From Candidatus Poseidoniales archaeon (GTDB lineage Archaea; Thermoplasmatota; Poseidoniia; Poseidoniales; Poseidoniaceae): 55,772 nucleotides of DNA. Every line of letters begins with the position of its first letter. Position 1 is the first letter of the stretch. The notes under the pieces are model-generated. The model was not told where the DNA came from. It did no database searches and worked only from the letters and a program-made list of their open reading frames with translations. Made by a program: the position numbers and the translations under genes. Shown here one piece after another: positions 36,095 through 44,980 of this stretch. The DNA lies in assembly GCA_009887195.1 (NCBI GenBank), contig QXXX01000028.1:1-55772 (forward strand). Reading direction: 5' to 3'.

Positions 36095-36574
36095 ATGTCT
36101 AGAGTGCAGTGCGATTTAGGTGTCGCTGCAGTTATCGTCAAAGACGACTCGGTTTTGTTAGTTAAGGAAGCAGCTGGGAGATACATTGGACATTGGGGAC
36201 TTCCGAAGGGCCACGTGGACGCCGGCGAACTCCCACGTGATGCTGCGCTCAGGGAACTGCGCGAAGAATGCGACGTTAGTGGTAAAGTTACAGGCATTTA
36301 CGCCATCCGTGAAAATCTTACAGAAATAGGCCCTGCAGTGTTCATCGCTTACAGTGTTGAACTAGAGCCTGGACAAGTACCGGTCGCATCTAGCGAAATT
36401 GCCGAGACGGAGTTTGTCAACGTCGCTAAATTCGAGGAGTTGCAGTGGGTAAGCACAGCAATGAAGTCAATTGCAACAAATGCGCTAATGCAAACTCCGT
36501 TCGCGACTCTTGATTATTCTGACCAGAGAGGGTACCCATATCTTCTCCACCAAAACGGAGATGTAAAAATATGA
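36095..36574 (+). CDS. NUDIX hydrolase
   Basis: It has the Nudix box GHWGLPKGHVDAGELPRDAALRELREECDV. The ORF is open from the GTG at 36074. Local GC is ~52% over 36101..36300 (hand count), against ~40% for neighbouring genes. Confidence 0.85.
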   Translation: MSRVQCDLGVAAVIVKDDSVLLVKEAAGRYIGHWGLPKGHVDAGELPRDAALRELREECDVSGKVTGIYAIRENLTEIGPAVFIAYSVELEPGQVPVASSEIAETEFVNVAKFEELQWVSTAMKSIATNALMQTPFATLDYSDQRGYPYLLHQNGDVKI

Positions 36575-38070
36575 ACGGACAACTATCTGAGAGAATTAGG
36601 TCTGCAAATGACAAACCAGTGAATGAAGATGGTGAATACATTGTATACTGGATGATTGCCAGTCGACGGTTCAACTACAACTCATCGTTAGAATTTGCCG
36701 CAAAGTTGGCAATAGAACACGAAGTTCCGCTGTTGGTAATCGAAGAAATTTCTACTAGCCACAGATTTGCTAATGATCGAATAGCGACTTTCATGATTCA
36801 AGGCATGGTGGAAAATGTGTCTGTCTTCAAGGACAACAATATTCGCTACATACCATGGGTCGAAACACCATTGAGCGGGCCGATTGGTCTTCTAAAAGAA
36901 ATTTCAAAAAGAGCAAAAATAGTTGTCAGTGACGATTTCCCCACTTACTATCCTAGTAGAGCAATAAATGCGGCAAGCAAATCTATTCCGGTAAAAATGT
37001 ACGCTGGTGACTCAAACGGAGTCATTCCAATGTCATGGACTGAAAGCGCCCACACAACTGCCCATGGCTTTAGACGATGGATACATGCAAATTTCAGTCG
37101 CTGCCCAGAAACCTGGCCGAAACAAAACCCAATCCCAAAGGGAGCAGATCTTTTGATGAGCGATAAATTGTTTAAATCGGTAATGAAAGATTGTTCTGTT
37201 AAACTTCCACCATTTGAATGGTTATGGAGATGCTCAGAAGGTGGCTCAGTAGGTAAAAAAGCGCTGTCTGCGATAGATATCGACCACTCTGTAGGGCCAG
37301 TAAGAATGGCCCAAGGTGGCAGAAATACTGCGATGAGGAAACTAGCACATTTCTTAACCGACCGACTAGAGAGATATCACACAGACAGGAACAATGTGGA
37401 AAACCCAGCTGTTAGCGGATTATCCCCTTGGTTGCACTTTGGCCATGTCTCATCAATTGAAATCGTGGAGCGCATACTCAACCAAAATGATTGGTCCCCA
37501 GAGAACATAGACACCTCAAGGAAAGGCTCAAGAGAGGGCTGGTGGGGACTATCTGCAGGTGTGGAAAGTTTCCTTGATCAAATAATAACATGGCGAGAAC
37601 TTGGCTTCAACAATGCATATCATAACGAGAATCACAATAAATTTGAATCAATACCAGCATGGGCCCAAAAGACACTTGCTGAGCACTCTGATGATGAACG
37701 CGTGTTGTATACATACGACCAAATCGAAAACGCCGAAACTCACGATGAAATATGGAATGCTGCTCAAATCCAATTAACTCAAACTGGTATCATCCACAAC
37801 TACTTGAGAATGTTATGGGGTAAGCGAATTCTAGAATGGGCATCAACTCCAGAGCAAGCTGCTAATTGGATGATTGAACTTAATGATAAATATGCTTTGG
37901 ACGGCAGAGATCCCAATTCTTACACAGGAATATTTTGGGTTCTTGGAAGGCACGATAGAGCATGGGGCCCTGAAAGAGCCATATTTGGTAAAATAAGATA
38001 TATGTCATCAGAGAGAACTCGTAAAAAAATGAATCTTAAACCATATTTACAACAATATAGGAGTAGATGA
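36571..38070 (+). CDS. phr: Deoxyribodipyrimidine (CPD) photolyase, class II
   Basis: 499 aa. Motifs: SGLSPWLHFGHVS, QIITWRELGFN, HNYLRMLWGKRILEW, LNDKYALDGRDPNSYTGIFW and HDRAWGPERAIFGKIRYM. It overlaps the nudix stop by 4 nt (ATGA). Confidence 0.92.
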   Translation: MNGQLSERIRSANDKPVNEDGEYIVYWMIASRRFNYNSSLEFAAKLAIEHEVPLLVIEEISTSHRFANDRIATFMIQGMVENVSVFKDNNIRYIPWVETPLSGPIGLLKEISKRAKIVVSDDFPTYYPSRAINAASKSIPVKMYAGDSNGVIPMSWTESAHTTAHGFRRWIHANFSRCPETWPKQNPIPKGADLLMSDKLFKSVMKDCSVKLPPFEWLWRCSEGGSVGKKALSAIDIDHSVGPVRMAQGGRNTAMRKLAHFLTDRLERYHTDRNNVENPAVSGLSPWLHFGHVSSIEIVERILNQNDWSPENIDTSRKGSREGWWGLSAGVESFLDQIITWRELGFNNAYHNENHNKFESIPAWAQKTLAEHSDDERVLYTYDQIENAETHDEIWNAAQIQLTQTGIIHNYLRMLWGKRILEWASTPEQAANWMIELNDKYALDGRDPNSYTGIFWVLGRHDRAWGPERAIFGKIRYMSSERTRKKMNLKPYLQQYRSR

Positions 38071-38071
38071 T

Positions 38072-39454
38072 ATGAGTATCATATTTGAACATAAGACTGA
38101 GGTTGAAAATAGTGTCGAAGAAGCATTTGCCTGGCACGAAAGGAAAGGGGCATTTAGACGCTTGATGCCACCATGGGAACTTGCCGAAGAAGTACGTGCA
38201 GATGATAATCTTGAAGAAGGTTCTCAAAGAATATTCAGATTTCCCCTAGGCCCAATAAAGATGAGTTGGGTTGCTCAGCACACAGGATACAATCCACCTC
38301 ACTCTTTTGAGGATAAGATGCTAAAAGGGCCTTTCAAGTCTTGGCATCACACCCATAATTTCGAGACCATCGGAGACAACAATGCGTTGATTCATGACAA
38401 AGTTAACTACAAACTGCCAATGGGGTTCCTTGGCAAACTAGTTGCTGGTAGAATGATAAAGAAGCGGCTTGAGAGAATGTTTACAGCAAGGGAAATTAGA
38501 CTTGAAAGAGATTTGAAGCGTCATGCTGACTTCGCTGATAAACCCCGTAAAAAAATTCTAGTTGCTGGCTCATCTGGATTAATTGGTCGCCAATTAGTGG
38601 CCTTTTTAGATACTGGAGGTCATGATGTTTGGCGACTAGTAAGAAGAAAGGCCAAGAAAAATGAAAAGGAATTAGTTTGGAATCCTGAAGTCGGGATAAT
38701 TAATCATGATGTATTGGAAGGCTTCGACGCAATAATCCACCTTGGTGGTGCGGGAATTGGCGATAAGCGTTGGTCAAAAAAACGGATGAAATTAATCGAA
38801 GAAAGCAGAACAAAGAGCACTGCATTGTTGGCAAATGCCATCACTGAACTAACCAAGAAGCCCGAGGCATTCATCGTTGCTAGTGCTGTTGGTTGGTATG
38901 GTGAACGTGGTGATGAAGAGTTAGATGAAACATCAACACCTGGTGAAGGATTTCTGCCAGAAACTTGCGCTAGATGGGAAGGCTCCTGTCAGGCTGTCCG
39001 AGACATTGGGGTACGAACCATCAATTTGCGAACCGGTATTGTCCTAGATGCTACTGGTGGAGCGCTTGGAAAAATGTTGTTACCAGCCAAACTTGGCGCT
39101 GGAGGCCCAATTGGTCGAGGTAAGCAATGGTACAGCTGGGTTTCAATGGACGACCAAATATATTCAATTCATCATCTCCTAATGAAAGAAGATTGTGAAG
39201 GTGCCTACAACATTGGATCACCAAATCCTGTGCAACAAAAGACATTTGCCAAGACTCTAGGTAAGGTGTTGCGACGACCAGCATTTATGCCAACCCCTCC
39301 GCTAGGAATATGGTTTCTGTTTGGAAAAATGGGTGTTGCTTTGACCACCGAAAGTACTAGAGTACTTCCAAAAAGGCTAGTTTCTTCTGGGTACAAGTTT
39401 GAGCACGAAAACCTAGAAGACGCCTTGAGAGATAGTCTAGGATTGTGGAAATGA
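38072..39454 (+). CDS. SRPBCC (START/polyketide-cyclase-like) domain fused to TIGR01777/YfcH-type NAD-dependent epimerase (DUF1731 C-terminus)
   Basis: 460 aa. The N-terminal ~150 aa are SRPBCC-like (AFAWHERKGAFRRLMPPWE). Then come ILVAGSSGLIGRQL (Rossmann fold), IIHLGGAGIGDKRWS and the C-terminal GYKFEHENLEDALRD. It starts 1 nt after the phr stop. Confidence 0.75.
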   Translation: MSIIFEHKTEVENSVEEAFAWHERKGAFRRLMPPWELAEEVRADDNLEEGSQRIFRFPLGPIKMSWVAQHTGYNPPHSFEDKMLKGPFKSWHHTHNFETIGDNNALIHDKVNYKLPMGFLGKLVAGRMIKKRLERMFTAREIRLERDLKRHADFADKPRKKILVAGSSGLIGRQLVAFLDTGGHDVWRLVRRKAKKNEKELVWNPEVGIINHDVLEGFDAIIHLGGAGIGDKRWSKKRMKLIEESRTKSTALLANAITELTKKPEAFIVASAVGWYGERGDEELDETSTPGEGFLPETCARWEGSCQAVRDIGVRTINLRTGIVLDATGGALGKMLLPAKLGAGGPIGRGKQWYSWVSMDDQIYSIHHLLMKEDCEGAYNIGSPNPVQQKTFAKTLGKVLRRPAFMPTPPLGIWFLFGKMGVALTTESTRVLPKRLVSSGYKFEHENLEDALRDSLGLWK

Positions 39455-39465
39455 TCCACTCAAAC

Positions 39466-40473
39466 CTAGAAATTTAACCTTGGCTTTCTAATAATACCGA
39501 AGGCGAACTGGATTTTGCGGTATAGACTCATAGTTAGCCTTCTGGTAAAAACATCACCATTTCTCTTCATAGCTTCTTCAAGAATTGCATCATAGGCTGC
39601 ACACATTACTGACGGTGAATATTTGGCATCTTTATCTAATAGTGATAACAGCCCAATAGCGTTTTTCCTGTGTACCATTACATGGTCGAGGTAGTGTCGC
39701 ATAAAATTCTGCCAACCTTCTGAGGTCGCCAGGTCTTGAGAAGTAAGGTCTTGATTTGTTAACCCAAATTTGGCAAGTTCTTCACTAGGGAGATAAATTC
39801 TATTTCTACTGAGGTCTTCTTGAATGTCCCGCAAGACGTTGACCATCTGGAGATAGATACCCATCTCAACCGCATGTCGCCTAGCGTTTGGATCATTATA
39901 TCCATATATCTCCACTAAACACAGGCCAACAGTTGATGCGACACGATAACAATATTGACGTAAGTCTTCGAACCTTTGATACTTCGCTGCATAAAGGTCA
40001 TCTTCCATGCCTGAAATTAATTCTCTCAAGTGGTCTAACTCTATCGGGAATTTTTTGATTACATCGGCGAGTGCTATGAAAATTGGTTCATCGACAGTCT
40101 CATTGTTTTCGATTGATTCCAAGTTTGTTCTAAACCATAGTAAAGCGGTTAATTTTGACAAGTGGTCTAGATCTGCATTTAGCGGTTCAGACTGTTTGTC
40201 GGTAGATAATTGAATACTGCGATCTTTCGCTTGCTCATTTAGGTGCGATAAGTCTCTGTCCGGCAACCAATCTCCGTCAACGATATCGTCAACTCTACGG
40301 CAAAAGGCGTAAAGTGCATTCACTGCTTGGCGCTTTTGAATGGGTAAATGTCTAAAAGAGCGGAAGAAAGAACTTGATGCATTTCTAGCGATTGTTTCAC
40401 AGGTAGAGTAGGCGTTTTGGAGCTTATCTGCCATAGTATCTTTTTCTTGCCCGAGTTGAAATATAGATACCAT
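39466..40473 (-). CDS. crtB: Phytoene synthase (squalene/phytoene synthase family)
   Basis: 335 aa. Motifs: FCRRVDDIVDG, YCYRVASTVGL and LRDIQEDLSRNRIYLP. A strong SD (AGGTGGTGA) lies upstream of the ATG. Confidence 0.9.
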   Translation of the reverse strand: MVSIFQLGQEKDTMADKLQNAYSTCETIARNASSSFFRSFRHLPIQKRQAVNALYAFCRRVDDIVDGDWLPDRDLSHLNEQAKDRSIQLSTDKQSEPLNADLDHLSKLTALLWFRTNLESIENNETVDEPIFIALADVIKKFPIELDHLRELISGMEDDLYAAKYQRFEDLRQYCYRVASTVGLCLVEIYGYNDPNARRHAVEMGIYLQMVNVLRDIQEDLSRNRIYLPSEELAKFGLTNQDLTSQDLATSEGWQNFMRHYLDHVMVHRKNAIGLLSLLDKDAKYSPSVMCAAYDAILEEAMKRNGDVFTRRLTMSLYRKIQFAFGIIRKPRLNF

Positions 40474-40565
40474 ACAATCACCACCTAAAGCATACTGCCA
40501 ACATATTAAGCCATTGTTATTGTTATATCAAGTATAGTATTTTACCCAACTAAAATGTGTTAGAA

Positions 40566-42194
40566 TTATGCAAGTTGTGCCCAATCAACTTCTGCTTCAA
40601 CTGCTTCTATTTCATCAACATCCATTTGAGCAAGTTGTAATTTTCCAGATAATTCATCGTTTACTGCATGCCAGTAAGAATATGCTTCGATAACCCAAAT
40701 TCCAGACTCTCTGGTACCATTTCCAGAGCCCTTTACTCCACCAAATGGCAAGTGTGCTTCTGCCCCGGTGGTAGAATTATTTATTCCTGTCATTCCAGCC
40801 TTGATGCCGGTTTTGTAGCGATATGCTTCCAGACGATCATTGGTATATATTGCCGACGACAAGCCATACGGACTAGCGTTAGCAAGATGCAGTGCATGGT
40901 CGAAATCCTTAGCCTTGACTATTGTTACAGCAGGACCAAATATTTCCTCATGGAAACATTTCATGTCTTCAGTTACATCTGCGAAAACGTGTGGCCACAT
41001 AAACACACCATCACCTGCATTACCCATGAAATTTTCAGGCTGGTTGTCAGTAGTGATCTCCCCTCGACCCCAAAGTTGGGTTGCTCCAGAAGACTTAGCC
41101 ATATCGAGGCCAATCATGAAATCCTTAGCATACTTTTCTGACAGCATTGGGCCGTATAGAACATCTTTGTGAACCGATGAATCACCAATATGGGTTGACT
41201 TGACTTTCGCCATAAATTTCTCCATGAACTCGTCATATATTGCTTCGTGAACTATGAGATTACCAAGGCTTGTGCACCGTTGTCCAGCGGTTCCAAAAGC
41301 ACCCCAGTAAGCACCCGCAACTGCATTATCTAAATTGGCAGACGGCATGACAACCAATGGGTTCTTGCCACCCAATTCTAAGGAACAAGAAACTAAATTT
41401 CGACCGCAAACTTCACCAATCATTTTTCCAACCTCTGTTGAACCTGTGAAAGAGATTTTGTTGACTAGCCCTTCATCTACTGCATCAACTAGGTATTGGC
41501 CAGCGCCGCTGCCTTTGCCATGAACAAGATTGATTACGCCGTTTGGTAAACCTGCTTGATGCATAATTCGTGCCAGAGCAAAGGAAAGAAGAGGCGCGTC
41601 TTGTGGGCTTTTCCACACGCAAGTATTACCACACATGATGGCTGGAATCATCTTCCAAAATGGGACCGCTGAAGGGAAGTTACAAGCATTAATTATGCCA
41701 CAAACTCCTAGGGGCCGGCGGTAGGTGAACAACTCTTTATCGGGCAATTCAGAATTTACTGTTTGACCATACAATCTTCTGCCTTCGGATTGGAAGAACA
41801 AACATGTATCAATTGCTTCTTGTATTTCCCCACCTGATTCTTTCAATGTTTTACCAATCTCTCTTGTTTCAAGCGCTACAAGATCATCTTTGTATTCCAT
41901 TAACAAACGTCCCATGTTACCAATTATTTGGCCTCTGGTAGGTGCTGGCGTGGCGGCCCAACCAGTAAATGCTGCATGAGCTGCATCAAGAGCAGAATGG
42001 ACATCATCCCGTGTTGAAAGTGGGAATTCCCCCAAACAATCAGCTAGTAATGCTGGGTTTTTTGATTCGAAAGTCACTCCATCGCTGGATGAGGTCAGTT
42101 GACCATTGATGATGTTGTATCCTCTCACCGATGGTTTTCCATTCGGGTTTTCTCGGGCGATAAATTCCAATCCTGTTTCTAAAACATGAACCAT
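40566..42194 (-). CDS. NAD(P)-dependent aldehyde dehydrogenase family protein
   Basis: 542 aa. Motifs: FPSAVPFWK, SFTGSTEVG, ELGGKNP and GTAGQRCTS (the catalytic Cys). It has an acidic ~35-aa C-terminal extension. The substrate cannot be called. Confidence 0.88.
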   Translation of the reverse strand: MVHVLETGLEFIARENPNGKPSVRGYNIINGQLTSSSDGVTFESKNPALLADCLGEFPLSTRDDVHSALDAAHAAFTGWAATPAPTRGQIIGNMGRLLMEYKDDLVALETREIGKTLKESGGEIQEAIDTCLFFQSEGRRLYGQTVNSELPDKELFTYRRPLGVCGIINACNFPSAVPFWKMIPAIMCGNTCVWKSPQDAPLLSFALARIMHQAGLPNGVINLVHGKGSGAGQYLVDAVDEGLVNKISFTGSTEVGKMIGEVCGRNLVSCSLELGGKNPLVVMPSANLDNAVAGAYWGAFGTAGQRCTSLGNLIVHEAIYDEFMEKFMAKVKSTHIGDSSVHKDVLYGPMLSEKYAKDFMIGLDMAKSSGATQLWGRGEITTDNQPENFMGNAGDGVFMWPHVFADVTEDMKCFHEEIFGPAVTIVKAKDFDHALHLANASPYGLSSAIYTNDRLEAYRYKTGIKAGMTGINNSTTGAEAHLPFGGVKGSGNGTRESGIWVIEAYSYWHAVNDELSGKLQLAQMDVDEIEAVEAEVDWAQLA

Positions 42195-42353
42195 GGTCAG
42201 CCGACCTAAGCCCGACTATTGAAGATAATGGTCATTATCGATAATTCTTTATTTGCAATGTTTAAAAGTACCTAGACAATACCAACAACTACCTCGAGTA
42301 CAGGCCATGGGTATAGAAACTATAACCACAGCCGGCAATTTGGAGCGATTATT

Positions 42354-44579
42354 ATGTCAGGTCAAAATGAAACTATCTCACTAACGGTAGAAAAGTCAAT
42401 ACCATCAGATGTTGGACACGGAAGAGCAAGAATTTCGGGAGACTCAGGACTCGATTTAAAGCCTGGTGACATTGTACTAATCAAAGGTGAAAAGCGCTCT
42501 ACTGCAGCCATATATTGGCGCAGTAGGCCCGAAGATAATAAAATGGCAATTATTAGAATCGACGGAATTATCAGAAAGAACGCAGGAGTTAGCCTTCGAG
42601 ACAAAGTTACCGTTTCAAAAGTAGATGCTGAGGAGTGTAAAAAACTGATTATATCGCCAGTAATGGCTAACAAACAGAAAGTCAAATTTGGCCCAGGTAT
42701 CGAAGGATTTGCTCGCCGTGGCTTGCAAAACCGCCCGGTAGTACAAGGTGACAGGATTTTCATTCCAGGAATGACCCTCTTCGCAGAAGCACTACCGTTT
42801 GCTGTGGTGCAAACCACCCCAAAAGGGGTAGTCAAAGTCACTAATGACACTGATATTGTTATCAAAGATGAAGCAATAGATGACGATGACATTGGCCAAT
42901 CAGAAGGAATCACTTACGAGGATGTTGGTGGCATTGGTCAACAATTGTTGAAAGTTCGAGAAATGATTGAATTACCATTAAAGCATCCTGAGCTATTCCG
43001 CAGACTGGGGATTGACCCGCCAAAAGGAGTACTCCTACACGGCCCTCCTGGCACCGGAAAGACAATGATCGCCAAGGCTGTTGCAACTGAAACCAATGCT
43101 CACTTCAAGAGTATCAACGGCCCGGAAATTATCAGCAAGTATTATGGTGAATCCGAAAAGCAACTTCGAGAGATTTTTGATGATGCTGCCGATAACGCCC
43201 CGGCAATAATTTTCATTGACGAAATAGATTCAATTTGTCCCAAGCGTGAAGATGTGAGCGGTGAAGTTGAGCGAAGAGTTGTGGCTCAAATGCTGACCTT
43301 GATGGATGGTATGCAAGGCCGCGATAATGTTGTCGTGATTGGAGCAACAAATCGACGTGATGCATTAGACCCAGCCCTTAGAAGGCCGGGCAGATTTGAC
43401 AGAGAGATCGAGATTGGAGTCCCGGACAGAGACGGACGTAGTGAAATCATGGACGTACATACTAGACAAATGCCGATTTCAGAAGATTTTGACATCACAT
43501 GGATTTTAGACAATACCTACGGATTTGTCGGAGCAGACCTTGCCGCACTAGTAAGAGAAGCAGCGATGAAGGCGCTTAGGAGATACTTACCAGAAATTGA
43601 CTTAGAAGATGAGACTATTCCACCTGAAGTACTAGAAAAGATGGAAGTGTGTATGGATGATTTCCAGCATGCTATCAAGGATATTGAGCCGTCTGCACTA
43701 CGTGAAATATATGTCGAAGTTCCTGAAGTTACTTGGGAAGAGATTGGTGGATTAGAAGAAGTCAAAAGTAGACTAAAAGAATCTGTGGAATGGCCACTTA
43801 CTAAACCCGAATTGTTTGAACACTTTGGAATCAAACCACCTCGAGGAATCGTAATGTTTGGTGCACCAGGTACGGGTAAAACTCTGTTAGCCAAAGCAAT
43901 AGCTAATGAAGCACAGGCTAATTTTATCAGCATCAAGGGTCCAGAAATGATTTCTAAATGGGTTGGAGAATCAGAACGAGCAGTCCGTGAAATATTCAAA
44001 AAAGCCAAACAATCATCGCCTTCGATTATTTTCTTGGACGAGTTTGAATCTATTGCTAACATGCGCTCGTCTAATTCCAGCGAAGGAAGCGACGTTTCTA
44101 ATCGTGTAGTCAACCAACTCTTAGCCAGCATGGACGGAGTTGAATCAATCGACGGCGTGATTGTAGTTGCGGCTACTAATCGACCAGAGATGATAGATCC
44201 AGCTTTACTAAGAAGTGGCAGATTTGAGCGAGTATTGCACGTCCCTCCGCCCGACATTGGAGCAAGAGAGGCCATCTTCAACATACATTGTAAGGGTATG
44301 CCTCTGTCCAAATTCTCCATCAAAGACATTCTAAAAGGATTAGATGGATTTACCGGCGCAGACATTGAAGCTGTTTGCCGTGAGGCCGCACTAATATGCA
44401 TGCGGGCTAACAAAAAGAAAGTCACTAAGGCTCACTTTGAAGAGGCAATCGGCAGAGTAAGACCTACAGTAACTCCAGAGATGCTTGATTATTATCAAAA
44501 AATGGAAGCAAGACTTACATCTGGAATGTCAAACATTAGGCGCTCGAAAGACTTCTCCCACGGCATTGAAACAATGTGA
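42354..44579 (+). CDS. cdc48: CDC48/VCP-type AAA+ ATPase (two AAA domains plus N domain)
   Basis: 741 aa with a double-psi-barrel-like N domain. The Walker A motifs are GPPGTGKT and GAPGTGKT, with DEID and DEFE Walker B motifs and SRH regions. GGAGCGA lies 5 nt before the ATG. Confidence 0.95.
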   Translation: MSGQNETISLTVEKSIPSDVGHGRARISGDSGLDLKPGDIVLIKGEKRSTAAIYWRSRPEDNKMAIIRIDGIIRKNAGVSLRDKVTVSKVDAEECKKLIISPVMANKQKVKFGPGIEGFARRGLQNRPVVQGDRIFIPGMTLFAEALPFAVVQTTPKGVVKVTNDTDIVIKDEAIDDDDIGQSEGITYEDVGGIGQQLLKVREMIELPLKHPELFRRLGIDPPKGVLLHGPPGTGKTMIAKAVATETNAHFKSINGPEIISKYYGESEKQLREIFDDAADNAPAIIFIDEIDSICPKREDVSGEVERRVVAQMLTLMDGMQGRDNVVVIGATNRRDALDPALRRPGRFDREIEIGVPDRDGRSEIMDVHTRQMPISEDFDITWILDNTYGFVGADLAALVREAAMKALRRYLPEIDLEDETIPPEVLEKMEVCMDDFQHAIKDIEPSALREIYVEVPEVTWEEIGGLEEVKSRLKESVEWPLTKPELFEHFGIKPPRGIVMFGAPGTGKTLLAKAIANEAQANFISIKGPEMISKWVGESERAVREIFKKAKQSSPSIIFLDEFESIANMRSSNSSEGSDVSNRVVNQLLASMDGVESIDGVIVVAATNRPEMIDPALLRSGRFERVLHVPPPDIGAREAIFNIHCKGMPLSKFSIKDILKGLDGFTGADIEAVCREAALICMRANKKKVTKAHFEEAIGRVRPTVTPEMLDYYQKMEARLTSGMSNIRRSKDFSHGIETM

Positions 44580-44647
44580 GATTGACAGAGTCACCGACGC
44601 ATTGAAGGAGTAAACAACCCTCATCGTATCATACGGGGTAATCACAT

Positions 44648-44887
44648 ATGGCTATTTTTGCAAATGAAATATTTGGCAGAGATGTAGTCGATTCCCATAA
44701 CGAAAAACTTGGCGAATTACGTGATTTTGTGATTGATAAATTATCCGGCTCAGTCACCCAAATTGTCGTGAAACTTGAAGCAAATTTAGACCCTGGAATG
44801 CTACCTTGGGAATACCGTAATGGATTGTTAAATATCCCAATTGATGATGTATCGAGAATCTCAAATAGAATACATTTGCGAAAGTAA
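44648..44887 (+). CDS. Small PRC-barrel domain protein
   Basis: 79 aa. The pattern EIFGRDVVDSHNEKLGELRDFVIDKLSGSVTQIVVKL is typical of a PRC barrel. Confidence 0.7.
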   Translation: MAIFANEIFGRDVVDSHNEKLGELRDFVIDKLSGSVTQIVVKLEANLDPGMLPWEYRNGLLNIPIDDVSRISNRIHLRK

Positions 44888-44980
44888 GTTGCAATGAGCA
44901 TTTTAGCCTCAACAATAGACAACATTCTAAACTAAACGCCGAGCGTGTAGTGTCGGAATTACGCTCTAGTAGGTGCTGAT

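Noticed and set aside
36067-36297. A 76-aa minus-strand ORF opposite the NUDIX gene.
   Set aside because: It is a by-product of the locally elevated GC content. The + strand carries a canonical Nudix box.
40668-41172. Two overlapping + strand ORFs (157 and 110 aa) inside the aldehyde dehydrogenase gene.
   Set aside because: These are shadow ORFs. The minus-strand frame has the ALDH signature motifs ELGGKNP and GQRCTS.
43517-44425. A 302-aa minus-strand ORF inside cdc48, along with 42362..42913 and 43286..43513.
   Set aside because: These are antisense shadows of a gene with unmistakable double Walker A/B AAA+ motifs. Their translations are Ser-rich with no recognisable motifs.
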